The notes under the pieces: generated by a model | The model's input: the letters and a program-made list of their open reading frames with translations, nothing else | Told to the model about the DNA's origin: nothing | Database searches by the model: none | Program-made: the position numbers and the translations under genes | Assembly (NCBI GenBank): GCA_012269595.1 | Contig: JAAXJX010000023.1 | Coordinates: forward strand, 996 to 64,995 | Reading direction: 5' to 3' | DNA length: 64,000 nucleotides | Source: Planctomycetia bacterium | GTDB lineage: Bacteria > Planctomycetota > UBA8108 > UBA1146 | Part shown: in pieces, positions 48,556 to 57,656 of the stretch | How positions within the stretch are numbered: the first letter of the stretch is position 1 | Layout of the letters: the number at the start of each line of letters is the position of its first letter

Positions 48556-49686
48556 ATGTCGGATCAGGGCTCTTTTTCCACCCTGCACATCAACACCTCC
48601 CGGGAGTGGCGCGGCGGCGAACGCCAGACGCTGCTGCTGGCGGAGGGCCTCCACGCCGGTGGCCATCGCACCCGGGTCGTCTGCCCCCCGGACTCGGAAC
48701 TGGAACAGCGCTGCCGGGATCAGGGGATTCCGGTGCTGCCTCTGAAGATGCGCGGTGAGGCGGATCTCACCGCCATCGATCGCCTGCGTCGGTGGATCCG
48801 TGAAGAAACCCCGGATCTGGTCCACACCCACACCGCCCACGCCCACACCATCGGCGGTCTTGCCCGCTGGGGTCTGGGTCCGCTGTGCGTGGCCCAACGC
48901 CGGGTGCCCTTCTCCATCCTGCGCAGTGGCACTCCGATTGTGACGCCGTGGAAGTACCGCCGACTGGCGGATCACCTCATCGCCATCTCGGAACAGGTGG
49001 CCCGGGTTCTCGAGGGAGACGACATCCCCGCCGATCACATCACCGTGATTCCCGATGGAGTGCCGCCTCTGCCCGAACCGAAAATCTCCCCCACCCAGTG
49101 GCGCCAGCAGTTCCGCATCCCCGATCAGGGCTTGCTGATCGGCAGCGTCGGCCAACTCTCCCGGGAGAAGGGACACGTTCACCTGATCGAAGCGTTGACC
49201 CACCTCGATCATCGTTCGCAGCCGGTGCAACTGGTACTGGTCGGAGATGGTCCCGAGAAACTTGCCCTCTCCGAACGGGCACGGGCCCTCGGCATGCATG
49301 GCCGCGTCCACTTCACCGGCTTTCAGAGCGATGTCAGCAGTGCCATCCATGCCCTCGATCTCTACGTGCAGCCGAGTCTCGAAGAAGGGCTCGGCACCAG
49401 CATCCTCGATGCCCTGCAGGCGTGCCGCCCCGTGGTCGCCAGCCAGGTGGGCGGCATTCCGGAGGTCATCATCGACGGCGAAACGGGCCGTCTCGCCCCC
49501 GCCGCCGATCCGGTCCGACTGGCGGAAGCCATCGATTCGCTCCTCGATGACCGGGAAGGGGCGATCACCCTGGCCCGTGCCGGCCAACAGCGAGCCACCC
49601 AACACTACAGTCAGACCGCCCTCATCGAAGGCAACCTGCAACTGTACGCACGACTGTTGCAGGAACAGAGAGCAGGCCAGCGATGA
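48556..49686 (+). CDS. Family 4 glycosyltransferase (GT-B, glycosyl transferase group 1)
   Basis: C-terminal EEGLGTSILDALQACRPVVAS...GG.PE E-x7-E motif; ATG at 48556 (tracked ORF 48049-49686 carries an antisense-overlap N-extension). Confidence 0.8.
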   Translation: MSDQGSFSTLHINTSREWRGGERQTLLLAEGLHAGGHRTRVVCPPDSELEQRCRDQGIPVLPLKMRGEADLTAIDRLRRWIREETPDLVHTHTAHAHTIGGLARWGLGPLCVAQRRVPFSILRSGTPIVTPWKYRRLADHLIAISEQVARVLEGDDIPADHITVIPDGVPPLPEPKISPTQWRQQFRIPDQGLLIGSVGQLSREKGHVHLIEALTHLDHRSQPVQLVLVGDGPEKLALSERARALGMHGRVHFTGFQSDVSSAIHALDLYVQPSLEEGLGTSILDALQACRPVVASQVGGIPEVIIDGETGRLAPAADPVRLAEAIDSLLDDREGAITLARAGQQRATQHYSQTALIEGNLQLYARLLQEQRAGQR

Positions 49687-50477
49687 TTCCGATCCGCGAC
49701 AGTGAACCGAGTGGCATCACCCCCTACGTGACCATCGGCATCCTCGTCCTCAACGTGCTCGTCTCCATCGTTCAATACGCCGATCCGGGAATGCTGCTGA
49801 TGGAGGGGGGCCTGCGACCGGCGTGGTTCCTCGGCTACCTCAATGGCGAAACGATGGGCACGATTCCCGAGGTGGAACGAAAGGATGCGCAGGCTCTCGA
49901 ACTGCTCTTCGATGGCCGCTTCGCTCCGCCCACGGAAATGCCACTGACCTTTGCCACCGCCATCCTGCCACTGTTCCTGAGCATGTTCCTGCATGGAGGG
50001 CTGATGCATCTCATCGGCAACATGCTGTTTCTGTGGATCTTCAGTGACAACATCGAGGGTCGGCTGGGGCATGTCAGGTTTCTGATCTTCTATCTACTGT
50101 GCGGAGTCATCGCATCGCTGACCCATGTGGTACTCAACCCGGAATCGATCACCCCAACGGTGGGTGCATCCGGAGCCATCGCCGGCATCCTCGGCGCCTA
50201 CTGGCTCTGCTACCCCCACTCGAAGGTGACGATGCTCTTCTGGATCTACGTGATCATTCGCACCTTTGAAATCCGCGCGAGCTGGTTCCTCGGGTTCTGG
50301 TTTGCCCGTGACATCTTTCGGGTGTGGGTCGGGCTTGAGGGCAGTACCGCCGTCTGGGCCCACATCGGTGGCTTTGTCATCGGCACCTGCCTGATCATCC
50401 CCTTCACCCCCCCGGGCCACTCGAACCGGGAAGTGCGTTTCCGCTGGCTGGAACGCTCCGGACTGATTCGCAAGTAA
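49683..50477 (+). CDS. Rhomboid family intramembrane serine protease
   Basis: GASGAIAGILGAY (catalytic Ser) and HIGGF (catalytic His) in TM helices; ATGA overlap with GT4. Confidence 0.8.
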   Translation: MIPIRDSEPSGITPYVTIGILVLNVLVSIVQYADPGMLLMEGGLRPAWFLGYLNGETMGTIPEVERKDAQALELLFDGRFAPPTEMPLTFATAILPLFLSMFLHGGLMHLIGNMLFLWIFSDNIEGRLGHVRFLIFYLLCGVIASLTHVVLNPESITPTVGASGAIAGILGAYWLCYPHSKVTMLFWIYVIIRTFEIRASWFLGFWFARDIFRVWVGLEGSTAVWAHIGGFVIGTCLIIPFTPPGHSNREVRFRWLERSGLIRK

Positions 50478-50485
50478 GGACCTCC

Positions 50486-51103
50486 ATGCTTGAACAACAC
50501 CCGCTGCTGCCGTGGATCATCTTCCCTCTGGTCGGGGCCCTCATCGGCTACGCCACCAACTGGCTCGCCGTCAAAATGCTGTTTCGTCCGCGCCACCTCG
50601 TAGGGATCGGCCCGCTGAAATTTCAGGGGGTGGTCCCCCGACGTCAGGAAGCCCTCGCCGACAGCATCGCGGAGACGGTCCACGACGAATTGATCTCCGC
50701 TGAAGATGTCGCCGAACTGGTGCAGAAGATCGCCACCAGTGATGACGTCCGTCAAAAACTTCAGACAAAAATCGATGCCCTCATCGCCGAACAGCTGCAG
50801 AGCCTCGGGCCGATGGCATCCTTCCTGCCCGCTGATCTGGTCGATCGCATCAAGCAGCGCATTGAACAGGAGGTCTTCACCTTTGTCGAAGAGATGGGAT
50901 CGGACCTTCACGGCGTGCTCGGTGACCAGCTCGATGTGAAGGGCAAGGTGCGGGAACGCATCCTCAACTTCGAACTCGATCAGATGGAACAACTGGTCTT
51001 GCGGGTCGCCCGCAAAGAGTTGCGCCACATCGAAATCCTTGGAGGTTTCCTCGGACTGATCGTCGGTCTGGCCCAGGCGGGCCTGCTGCAACTCTGGAGT
51101 TGA
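50486..51103 (+). CDS. DUF445 family membrane-associated protein
   Basis: N-terminal TM + NWLAVKMLFRP....GVVPRRQ motif typical of DUF445/YjiN-like proteins. Confidence 0.6.
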   Translation: MLEQHPLLPWIIFPLVGALIGYATNWLAVKMLFRPRHLVGIGPLKFQGVVPRRQEALADSIAETVHDELISAEDVAELVQKIATSDDVRQKLQTKIDALIAEQLQSLGPMASFLPADLVDRIKQRIEQEVFTFVEEMGSDLHGVLGDQLDVKGKVRERILNFELDQMEQLVLRVARKELRHIEILGGFLGLIVGLAQAGLLQLWS

Positions 51104-51105
51104 AG

Positions 51106-51522
51106 TCAGAAACTCTTGAAGACCTTGGCGATGCCGGGGCCCTCGACGTGCATCTGAAACTCGTTGAAGTGACCCCACGGGGTATGCAGCACCTTGTACC
51201 CCACCGACTCCAGACGCTCTCCGACCTCGAGGAGAATCTCCCGGGATGCTTCCGGTTCAGCGGTCTGCTCTGAAAGATGGGCAAAGGAGTGCAGTACCAC
51301 CTGCTCGACCTCCACCTTGCGTGCATGCCATTTCAGATTTTTCAGGGTCTTGCGCACGGTGGCGGCCCGATCTTCCAGATCCTGCGGCTCCACATGCACC
51401 CAGGCGAGGACCGCTCCCCCCGGTTCGGTGGTCGCCTCGACCTCCAACTCCGGCTCCGATTCCAGATTGCGCTGGTGGGATTTGAGCCAGAACTCCCTCA
51501 CATGGAGCATCAGCAGCTTCAT
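51106..51522 (-). CDS. Free-standing archaeal-type threonyl-tRNA synthetase editing domain / DTD2-like protein (tRNA-Thr_ED fold). The start at 51522 has a strong AGGAGG Shine-Dalgarno; the tracked ORF extends to 51615.
   Basis: MKLLMLHVREF..., AVLAWVHVEPQD, VVLHSFAHLSEQTAEPEASREIL, GYKVLHTPWGHFNEF align block-by-block with the Pyrococcus ThrRS N-terminal editing domain. Confidence 0.6.
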   Translation of the reverse strand: MKLLMLHVREFWLKSHQRNLESEPELEVEATTEPGGAVLAWVHVEPQDLEDRAATVRKTLKNLKWHARKVEVEQVVLHSFAHLSEQTAEPEASREILLEVGERLESVGYKVLHTPWGHFNEFQMHVEGPGIAKVFKSF

Positions 51523-51647
51523 TTGGCCTCCTGAAGTGGTCAGCGATTGACCGGCTGTGGATGGGAACGCCCTGAAAGGGTACCATGTGGTCAGATCATG
51601 GCCACTTTTTCCCAAATCCCGGCCAGCCCCTAATTTGTCGAGGAATC

Positions 51648-54600
51648 ATGACCCAGGCCCAGCCCGACCTGCTGCTGAACCACCGTTACCGTCTCTCGGT
51701 CCGTATTGGCCAGGGCGGGATGGGTGAGGTGTGGCAGGCCACCGACGAGGCCCACGGCTCGCGGACGGTGGCCGTCAAAATGATGCCGGATCACCTCGAC
51801 GCCACCGACCGGCGCCGCTTCGAACGGGAAGTCCGGGTTCTGCGCGAGGTCAACCATCCCCATGTGGTGCCCCTCCTCGATCTGGGCTGGCATGGCGATG
51901 CCCTCTTCTATGTCATGGAATACGTCGGCCCCTTCACCCTCGAAGATGTCATCGTCGCCCACCCGGAGGGTCTCCCCGAAAACCGACGGCCGTGGCTCTT
52001 CCAGCGCGCTCTCGAACTTCTGGAAGCACTGCAGCATCTGCACGGCCAGCGTCTGGTACACCGGGATGTCAAACCGGCGAACGTGCTGCTGAAGAGTCAC
52101 CGTGAAAATGTTCAGGAAGTTGGACAACTCCTCGAAGATGGAAACCCGCGGGCCCTCCTCGCCGACCTCGGTCTCGTCGCCCGTGCCGACCTGCACAGCG
52201 CCCTGACGCAAAGTGCTCTGGGGACGCCCCAGTACATGGCACCGGAACGCATCGAAAGTCCGATGGCCATCGATGAACGGTCCGATCTGTGGTCGGTCGG
52301 TGTGCTCCTCTATCGTGGATTGACGGGACGCTTTCCCTTTCCACGTCTGAGTGATGCCCTCTCCCGACAGCCCGCTGCGACCATCGAAGGTCTCAATGAA
52401 CCGCTCTCGGCGGTCGTCCAGTCGCTGCTGCAGTTTGAGCCGCACCGACGACCGGCAGATGCGGGCATCGCCCGCTCGATGCTCCTCGATGCCCTCGAGG
52501 GCCATCAGCAGGCCGCCACCGATCAGCCGGTGATGCGCCGTACCCACCCCGCCTTCACCGGTCGCCAAAGTGCATTGGAAACCCTCAAGAATTGTGCCGC
52601 CCGCAGTGCCCGCGGCAATGGGACGTGGCTTCACATCGAGGGGGATGAAGGGATGGGCAAAAGCTGGCTCCTGCGCCGCAGTGAGTTTCGTTCCCACGCC
52701 CTCGTCGCCGACGGCATGCAACACTTCCACGGCAGTTTCGATGGGCGTGAACCCCATGGCGGTTATCGCCATCTGCTGGAACAGGTCCTCGGTCACCTGG
52801 AGCGCCAGAGCGGCGACCCCCAGAGTGCCAGTGACTCGCTGGGTCCGTGGGGATCGCATCTGCAATCGGTGTTCCCGCGCCTCCTGGGCAACCAGTGGAT
52901 CGAAGGCTGCCCTCCCCAACAGGAAACGATTCCGGAAGAACTGCTCCGTGAACGGGTCTTCGATGCGGTGATCCGCTGTCTGACACAGAACTCAGAAGTC
53001 GAACCGCGCACGCTGATACTGGAAGACATCGACCGCCTCGATGAGTTCGACATGGAACTGCTGCGACGGCTGATCTATGCCGCCGTCGATCTGCCGATCC
53101 TCGTCATCACCACCTCCCAGCCTGTCACACGACAGAAGGGCAGTGCCCTGCAGCGTCTCGGTCAGGATCTGGAACTGGAAAACCGCTTCACCCTCATCAC
53201 GCTCGATCCCCTCGAGGTGGATGAAGGCAGTGCACTGATCCATTCACTGCTGGTGCCGGAAGCAGAGGTCGATCCGGCCGTGACCGAAACTCTCTTCGAA
53301 CGCAGCAATGGTGTGCCGCTCTTGCTGGTACAACTCTTTGGTGGCCTTTGGAATCGCGGTGCCCTGCAATTGGATGCGGGTCGGTGGACCGCGTCCGCCA
53401 CGGATCTGGAAGAGATTCCCGTGCCGGAAATGGCCCGTAATCACTTCCTCGATGTCCTCGAAGAACTCGATGCCCAACAGCGACGGGTCCTCGATGTGGC
53501 GTCCGTCATGAGCGGACTTCTCGATTTCGATGTGCTCTGTGAAGCGTGCGGTCTCGATGAGTTTGAACTCGATACCCAGGCGCGGGTGCTGGTTCGCCAG
53601 GGTCTTCTCTATCAGGAGCCGGAAGGCTTCCGCTGGGGACACACCTGGGAACAGGAGTTTGTCGCTTCCGAGTTGACCCAGCCGATGCGCCAGCGCCTGC
53701 ATCTGCGGTTGGGCAAGATCCTCGAAGCACGCTTTCAGGAAGCGGATGCTCCGGTGCAGGCCATCGCCGAACACTTTGCCAGAGGTGGCGATGAATCGAA
53801 GGGTCGCGAGTGGTTGCTGAAGGCGGCGGATCGGGCGGAATCAGCGTGGGCCCTCGATCGCGCCCTCGAACTGTGTGAGCGGGCCCTCCATGGAACGACC
53901 GATGATGCGGTTCGTCGTACGCTGCTCGCACGCATTGGCGACCTGCGCTGCCGCACCGGTCAACCGGAGTCGGGTCGCGAGGCCTACACCCAGGCGATGG
54001 GTCTGTGGACTGCCATCGAAGGCTGGTGGCTCGAAGAACCGGAGAAATCTCAGGAGGTCCCCGCCGAGTTAACCGAGTACGTCGACCTGATCGGCAAGAT
54101 CGGTGAAGTGCAGATGCGCGCCGGCGAGTACGACCAGGCCCTCGACAGTTTCTCCAAATCGGGAGAGCTGGCACGCTTCGCCGGCATGACTTCCCTGCTG
54201 GCCAGTTCTCGAAGTCGCATGGGCGCTGCCCATACCTTCCGCGATGATCTGACCGCCGCTCGGGAGTGCTACCAGGATGCAGCCACCATCTGTGCGGAAG
54301 ACGACACCCTCGACACCGAATATGTGGTCGCCCTCATAGGCCTCTCCTCCCTCGACCGACGCAGCGGCAAACTGGAAGCCGCCCTCGAACGACTCGATGA
54401 AGCGATGCCCATCGCCGAACGCAGTCAGCATCCGATGCAACGGGCCGGTATCTGGGGACAGCGGGGAACCCTGTACCAGAACCTGGGCCGCTTCAGTGAT
54501 GCGGTGCAGGCGTACGAGATCTCACGACAGGTGCGCGAGGAGATCGGCGATCGCCGTGGCCTCGCCATCACACTGATGAATCAGGGTCGCATCCTGACCA

Positions 54601-55460
54601 GCAGTGGCGAAACCCAACGGGCACGCGAAGTATTACAACAGGCCCTCGACCTGTTCCGTGAAACCGGGGATCTGCAGGGACGGATTCTGACCCTCGGCAA
54701 TCTGGGATCACTGCACTTCCACCGCGGGGAACATCGTCAGTCACGGGAGATGCTGGATGAATATCTGCGCCTCTCCCAACAGCACCGCATCGTTCGTGCT
54801 CAGGCGGATGCTCTCGTCAGTCTCGGCATGCTGCATCTGGAAGCCCATGAATCTGCCCCCGCCATCGAGGTCCTCGCGGAAGGACGCGAACTCTTTGAAA
54901 AGGTCGGCGATGTGCAAGGCACCCTGAGAGCTCGCCTGAATCAGGCGCGGGCCATCGGTCGCTCCGGCGATAACCGTCTCGCCCTCGAATCGGCCCAGGA
55001 GGTCGAAAAGACTGCCCAGGAAAGCCAGGCCACGCCCATCGTCATCGATGCCCTGCGCATTCAGGCGGAAGCGCTTCGATTGCTGGGAGAACTCGATCCC
55101 GCACTGGAGAAGGTCGAGGCCGCCATCGAAATGGTCGCTGACCAGCGTCTGCCCTATGCCGAAGGCTGCTGCTGGCGCACCCTCGGCAAGGTCCAGCGCG
55201 ATCGCGGATTCGAATGGGCCGATCGTGCCGGCATCGCTTTTGAAAAATCACAGGCCATCTTCCGCGATCACGATTGCCAGCATGCCATGGCCGTGACCTG
55301 CCGCGAGTTTGCCGAGTTCCTTCTGGGAGTCGACGAAGCATCTTTGGCAGCGGAGGCCCTGAACATGGCGGCGGAGATCTTTGAAACTCTCGAGAGCCCC
55401 GTCGATCTGAAAATGACTCAGGAACTGATAGAAGCGGGAGGCCTTCATGGAACCTCTTGA
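51648..55460 (+). CDS. Ser/Thr protein kinase fused to a STAND-type NTPase (AAA/NB-ARC-like) and C-terminal TPR repeats (PknK/MalT-like signalling ATPase)
   Basis: Kinase subdomains GQGGMGEVW, VAVK, HRDVKPANVLL, DLG, APE; P-loop GDEGMGKS; more than 10 TPR-like repeats to the C-terminus. Confidence 0.8.
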   Translation: MTQAQPDLLLNHRYRLSVRIGQGGMGEVWQATDEAHGSRTVAVKMMPDHLDATDRRRFEREVRVLREVNHPHVVPLLDLGWHGDALFYVMEYVGPFTLEDVIVAHPEGLPENRRPWLFQRALELLEALQHLHGQRLVHRDVKPANVLLKSHRENVQEVGQLLEDGNPRALLADLGLVARADLHSALTQSALGTPQYMAPERIESPMAIDERSDLWSVGVLLYRGLTGRFPFPRLSDALSRQPAATIEGLNEPLSAVVQSLLQFEPHRRPADAGIARSMLLDALEGHQQAATDQPVMRRTHPAFTGRQSALETLKNCAARSARGNGTWLHIEGDEGMGKSWLLRRSEFRSHALVADGMQHFHGSFDGREPHGGYRHLLEQVLGHLERQSGDPQSASDSLGPWGSHLQSVFPRLLGNQWIEGCPPQQETIPEELLRERVFDAVIRCLTQNSEVEPRTLILEDIDRLDEFDMELLRRLIYAAVDLPILVITTSQPVTRQKGSALQRLGQDLELENRFTLITLDPLEVDEGSALIHSLLVPEAEVDPAVTETLFERSNGVPLLLVQLFGGLWNRGALQLDAGRWTASATDLEEIPVPEMARNHFLDVLEELDAQQRRVLDVASVMSGLLDFDVLCEACGLDEFELDTQARVLVRQGLLYQEPEGFRWGHTWEQEFVASELTQPMRQRLHLRLGKILEARFQEADAPVQAIAEHFARGGDESKGREWLLKAADRAESAWALDRALELCERALHGTTDDAVRRTLLARIGDLRCRTGQPESGREAYTQAMGLWTAIEGWWLEEPEKSQEVPAELTEYVDLIGKIGEVQMRAGEYDQALDSFSKSGELARFAGMTSLLASSRSRMGAAHTFRDDLTAARECYQDAATICAEDDTLDTEYVVALIGLSSLDRRSGKLEAALERLDEAMPIAERSQHPMQRAGIWGQRGTLYQNLGRFSDAVQAYEISRQVREEIGDRRGLAITLMNQGRILTSSGETQRAREVLQQALDLFRETGDLQGRILTLGNLGSLHFHRGEHRQSREMLDEYLRLSQQHRIVRAQADALVSLGMLHLEAHESAPAIEVLAEGRELFEKVGDVQGTLRARLNQARAIGRSGDNRLALESAQEVEKTAQESQATPIVIDALRIQAEALRLLGELDPALEKVEAAIEMVADQRLPYAEGCCWRTLGKVQRDRGFEWADRAGIAFEKSQAIFRDHDCQHAMAVTCREFAEFLLGVDEASLAAEALNMAAEIFETLESPVDLKMTQELIEAGGLHGTS

Positions 55461-57228
55461 TTACCGCGCACGCGCCGTGCTCGCGCGGATCCGCCAAATG
55501 CTCGACCAGTTCAGCATGAAACTGGAAGTGGACTGGGACTACGACGTCCGCGAAGTCCTCGAGCAGATTCTCACTCTGGCTGTCGGTGAATTGCAGTTCG
55601 GGGATGGGGCTCCCATCGACCGTGCACTACTCATCACCCGTGCCGGCGATGGTGAATTGCTCGAAGCCGGTGCCGGCTGGAGCTCCGGCGAGGAGGACCT
55701 CTCCTTCAGTCGCACCATCGTTGAGGAGACGATCCACTCCGGAAAATCTCTCCTCTGCGAGGACGCCATCGACGATCCACGCTTTCGATCCTCCGACAGT
55801 CTCCGGGGACTCAAGGTCCTGACCCTGCTTTCGGTGCCGCTGCACATGGCCGGAACCACCAGTGGCGCCCTGTATGTGGAACGTCGCGATGCCCGCCACC
55901 TCTTCGGCGATCGCGATCGCACCTTCATCGAAGCCCTCGCCGAAACCATCGCCCCCACCGTGCACACCGCCCTGCAGCATCAGAAGAATGTCCGTGAACT
56001 GCGCCAGCTGCGCTCGCGCAACGAGGCGGAATCCCGAATGGGACATATCATCGGCCAGTCCACCGCCATGCAGCGAACTCTCGAACTGGCCACCACCGCC
56101 GCCCACCTCGACCGCACCGTGCTGATCACCGGTGAATCGGGGGTCGGCAAGGAACTGCTCGCCCAGGCGATCCACACCCAGTCCCCCCGGGCTGATCAGC
56201 CCTTCGTCGTCGTCGACTGCTCTGGTCTTTCCGAATCCCTGCTGGAGAGTGAGCTCTTCGGTCATGTCAAAGGGGCCTTCACCGGTGCCACCGCCGACAA
56301 GATGGGTGCCTTTGAAGCGGCCGAGGGCGGCACCGTCTTTCTCGATGAAATCAGCGACGCATCGATGCCGATGCAACAGGCGCTGCGGCGGGTTTTGCAG
56401 GAGGGAGAGATCCGTCGCGTCGGCGATCGCGAATGGCGACCGGTCAATGTTCGTGTCGTCTGTGCGACCAACCGCGATCTCGCCCGTGAAGTCGAAGAAG
56501 AACGTTTCCTCGTCGACCTTTACCATCGGATTCATGAGTTCCCACTTCGACTCCCTTCCCTGCGTGAACGACGTGAAGACATCCCGCGACTGGCCGAGCA
56601 CTTTGTCGCCATCTTTGGTGAACGCAAAAACCCGCCGGTGCGCGGACTCGATTCAGAAACTCTGACTCTTCTCTCCGGGAGGGACTGGCAGGCGAACAAC
56701 GTCCGTGAGTTGCGCAATGTGATCCAGCTCTGTGTCGATCTGACACCCACCGAGATCATCACCGCCGACGTCCTTCAGCGGGTGCTGAACATTCGCGGTG
56801 AAGAAGGACTCACAGAAGGGACTGAGACCGCACTTCCCCCGGAGGAAGTCCGCTTCAGTCCCGGATCACTGATCCATCTCGATCGCTCCGGCATCGCTGA
56901 TCTGATCCGCTCGGTCCACGAAGAAACTCCCAAGGAGCAGCGGCCCTGGGCCCAGTTGCAAAGAGAGTTTGGTGGATCATTGATTACCGAAACCCTGCGC
57001 CAGACCAAATGGAAACTGCGACCGGCAGCAAGGCTCCTGGGTCTGTCTCCGGTGAAACTGCGCACCGAGTTCCGCCAGTGGATCGAACACCTCCTCGACC
57101 ATTGCGGTGGTCGGCGGGACGAAGTCGCCGATCGACTCGACATGCCCGCCGAAATCCTCGAACGCAAACTCGCCGACTTGGGCATCGGTACTCCCACCGA
57201 AGAAAAAACCGGAGAGGCGGAAGCATGA
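55447..57228 (+). CDS. GAF-domain sigma-54-dependent transcriptional activator (bacterial enhancer-binding protein, Fis-type HTH)
   Basis: Walker A GESGVGKE, GAFTGA loop (KGAFTGATADK), ESELFGH, C-terminal HTH; N-terminal GAF. Confidence 0.85.
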   Translation: MEPLDYRARAVLARIRQMLDQFSMKLEVDWDYDVREVLEQILTLAVGELQFGDGAPIDRALLITRAGDGELLEAGAGWSSGEEDLSFSRTIVEETIHSGKSLLCEDAIDDPRFRSSDSLRGLKVLTLLSVPLHMAGTTSGALYVERRDARHLFGDRDRTFIEALAETIAPTVHTALQHQKNVRELRQLRSRNEAESRMGHIIGQSTAMQRTLELATTAAHLDRTVLITGESGVGKELLAQAIHTQSPRADQPFVVVDCSGLSESLLESELFGHVKGAFTGATADKMGAFEAAEGGTVFLDEISDASMPMQQALRRVLQEGEIRRVGDREWRPVNVRVVCATNRDLAREVEEERFLVDLYHRIHEFPLRLPSLRERREDIPRLAEHFVAIFGERKNPPVRGLDSETLTLLSGRDWQANNVRELRNVIQLCVDLTPTEIITADVLQRVLNIRGEEGLTEGTETALPPEEVRFSPGSLIHLDRSGIADLIRSVHEETPKEQRPWAQLQREFGGSLITETLRQTKWKLRPAARLLGLSPVKLRTEFRQWIEHLLDHCGGRRDEVADRLDMPAEILERKLADLGIGTPTEEKTGEAEA

Positions 57229-57515
57229 AGGTCGGCGTCATCAAGGCTCACCTGCAGGTCCCAGGTTCCCGCTCTCTCAAGGAGAAGCGCCACGCCATCC
57301 GCAGCCTCAAGGATCAATTGCAATCGCGCTTTAAAGTCTCTGTCGCTGAAGTCGATGATCAGGACCTGCACCAGAGTGCGGTGCTCGGCGTCTCCTTCGT
57401 CGCCAGTGATGGAAAGAATGCCCAGTCACGTCTGCAAAATCTGGTGAACTTTATCGAGGACTACCGAAATGCGGTCGTCGTCGCCATCGACAAGGAGATC
57501 CTCCACGAGGATTAA
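57228..57515 (+). CDS. DUF503 (YlxP-like) family protein
   Basis: MKVGVIKAHLQVPGSRSLKEKRHAIRSLKDQLQSRFKVSVAEVDDQDL matches DUF503; ATGA overlap with the activator stop. Confidence 0.65.
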   Translation, partial: KVGVIKAHLQVPGSRSLKEKRHAIRSLKDQLQSRFKVSVAEVDDQDLHQSAVLGVSFVASDGKNAQSRLQNLVNFIEDYRNAVVVAIDKEILHED

Positions 57516-57656
57516 GGGAGTTCTTGAACTCTTGTCCCCGAAAGATGGAGATCCCGGCGAATCTTTCCCTAAATGGGACAACGACCTTGGCGAAGGCGGA
57601 CCTCTTCGGATAACTTTGCGGTTCCTCGAGACGGCCTCCACGGAAGGTGTACGACA

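Noticed and set aside
51630-52919. 429-aa minus-strand ORF inside the kinase gene; similar antisense ORFs lie over GT4 (48529-49641), ACAD (59176-60369), tgt (18946-20043), ruvB (21371-22303), ribBA (27661-28323) and the HEAT gene (6284-7312)
   Set aside because: All are antisense to genes with clear family signatures and have biased Arg/Gly/Ala composition without motifs. They are shadow ORFs.
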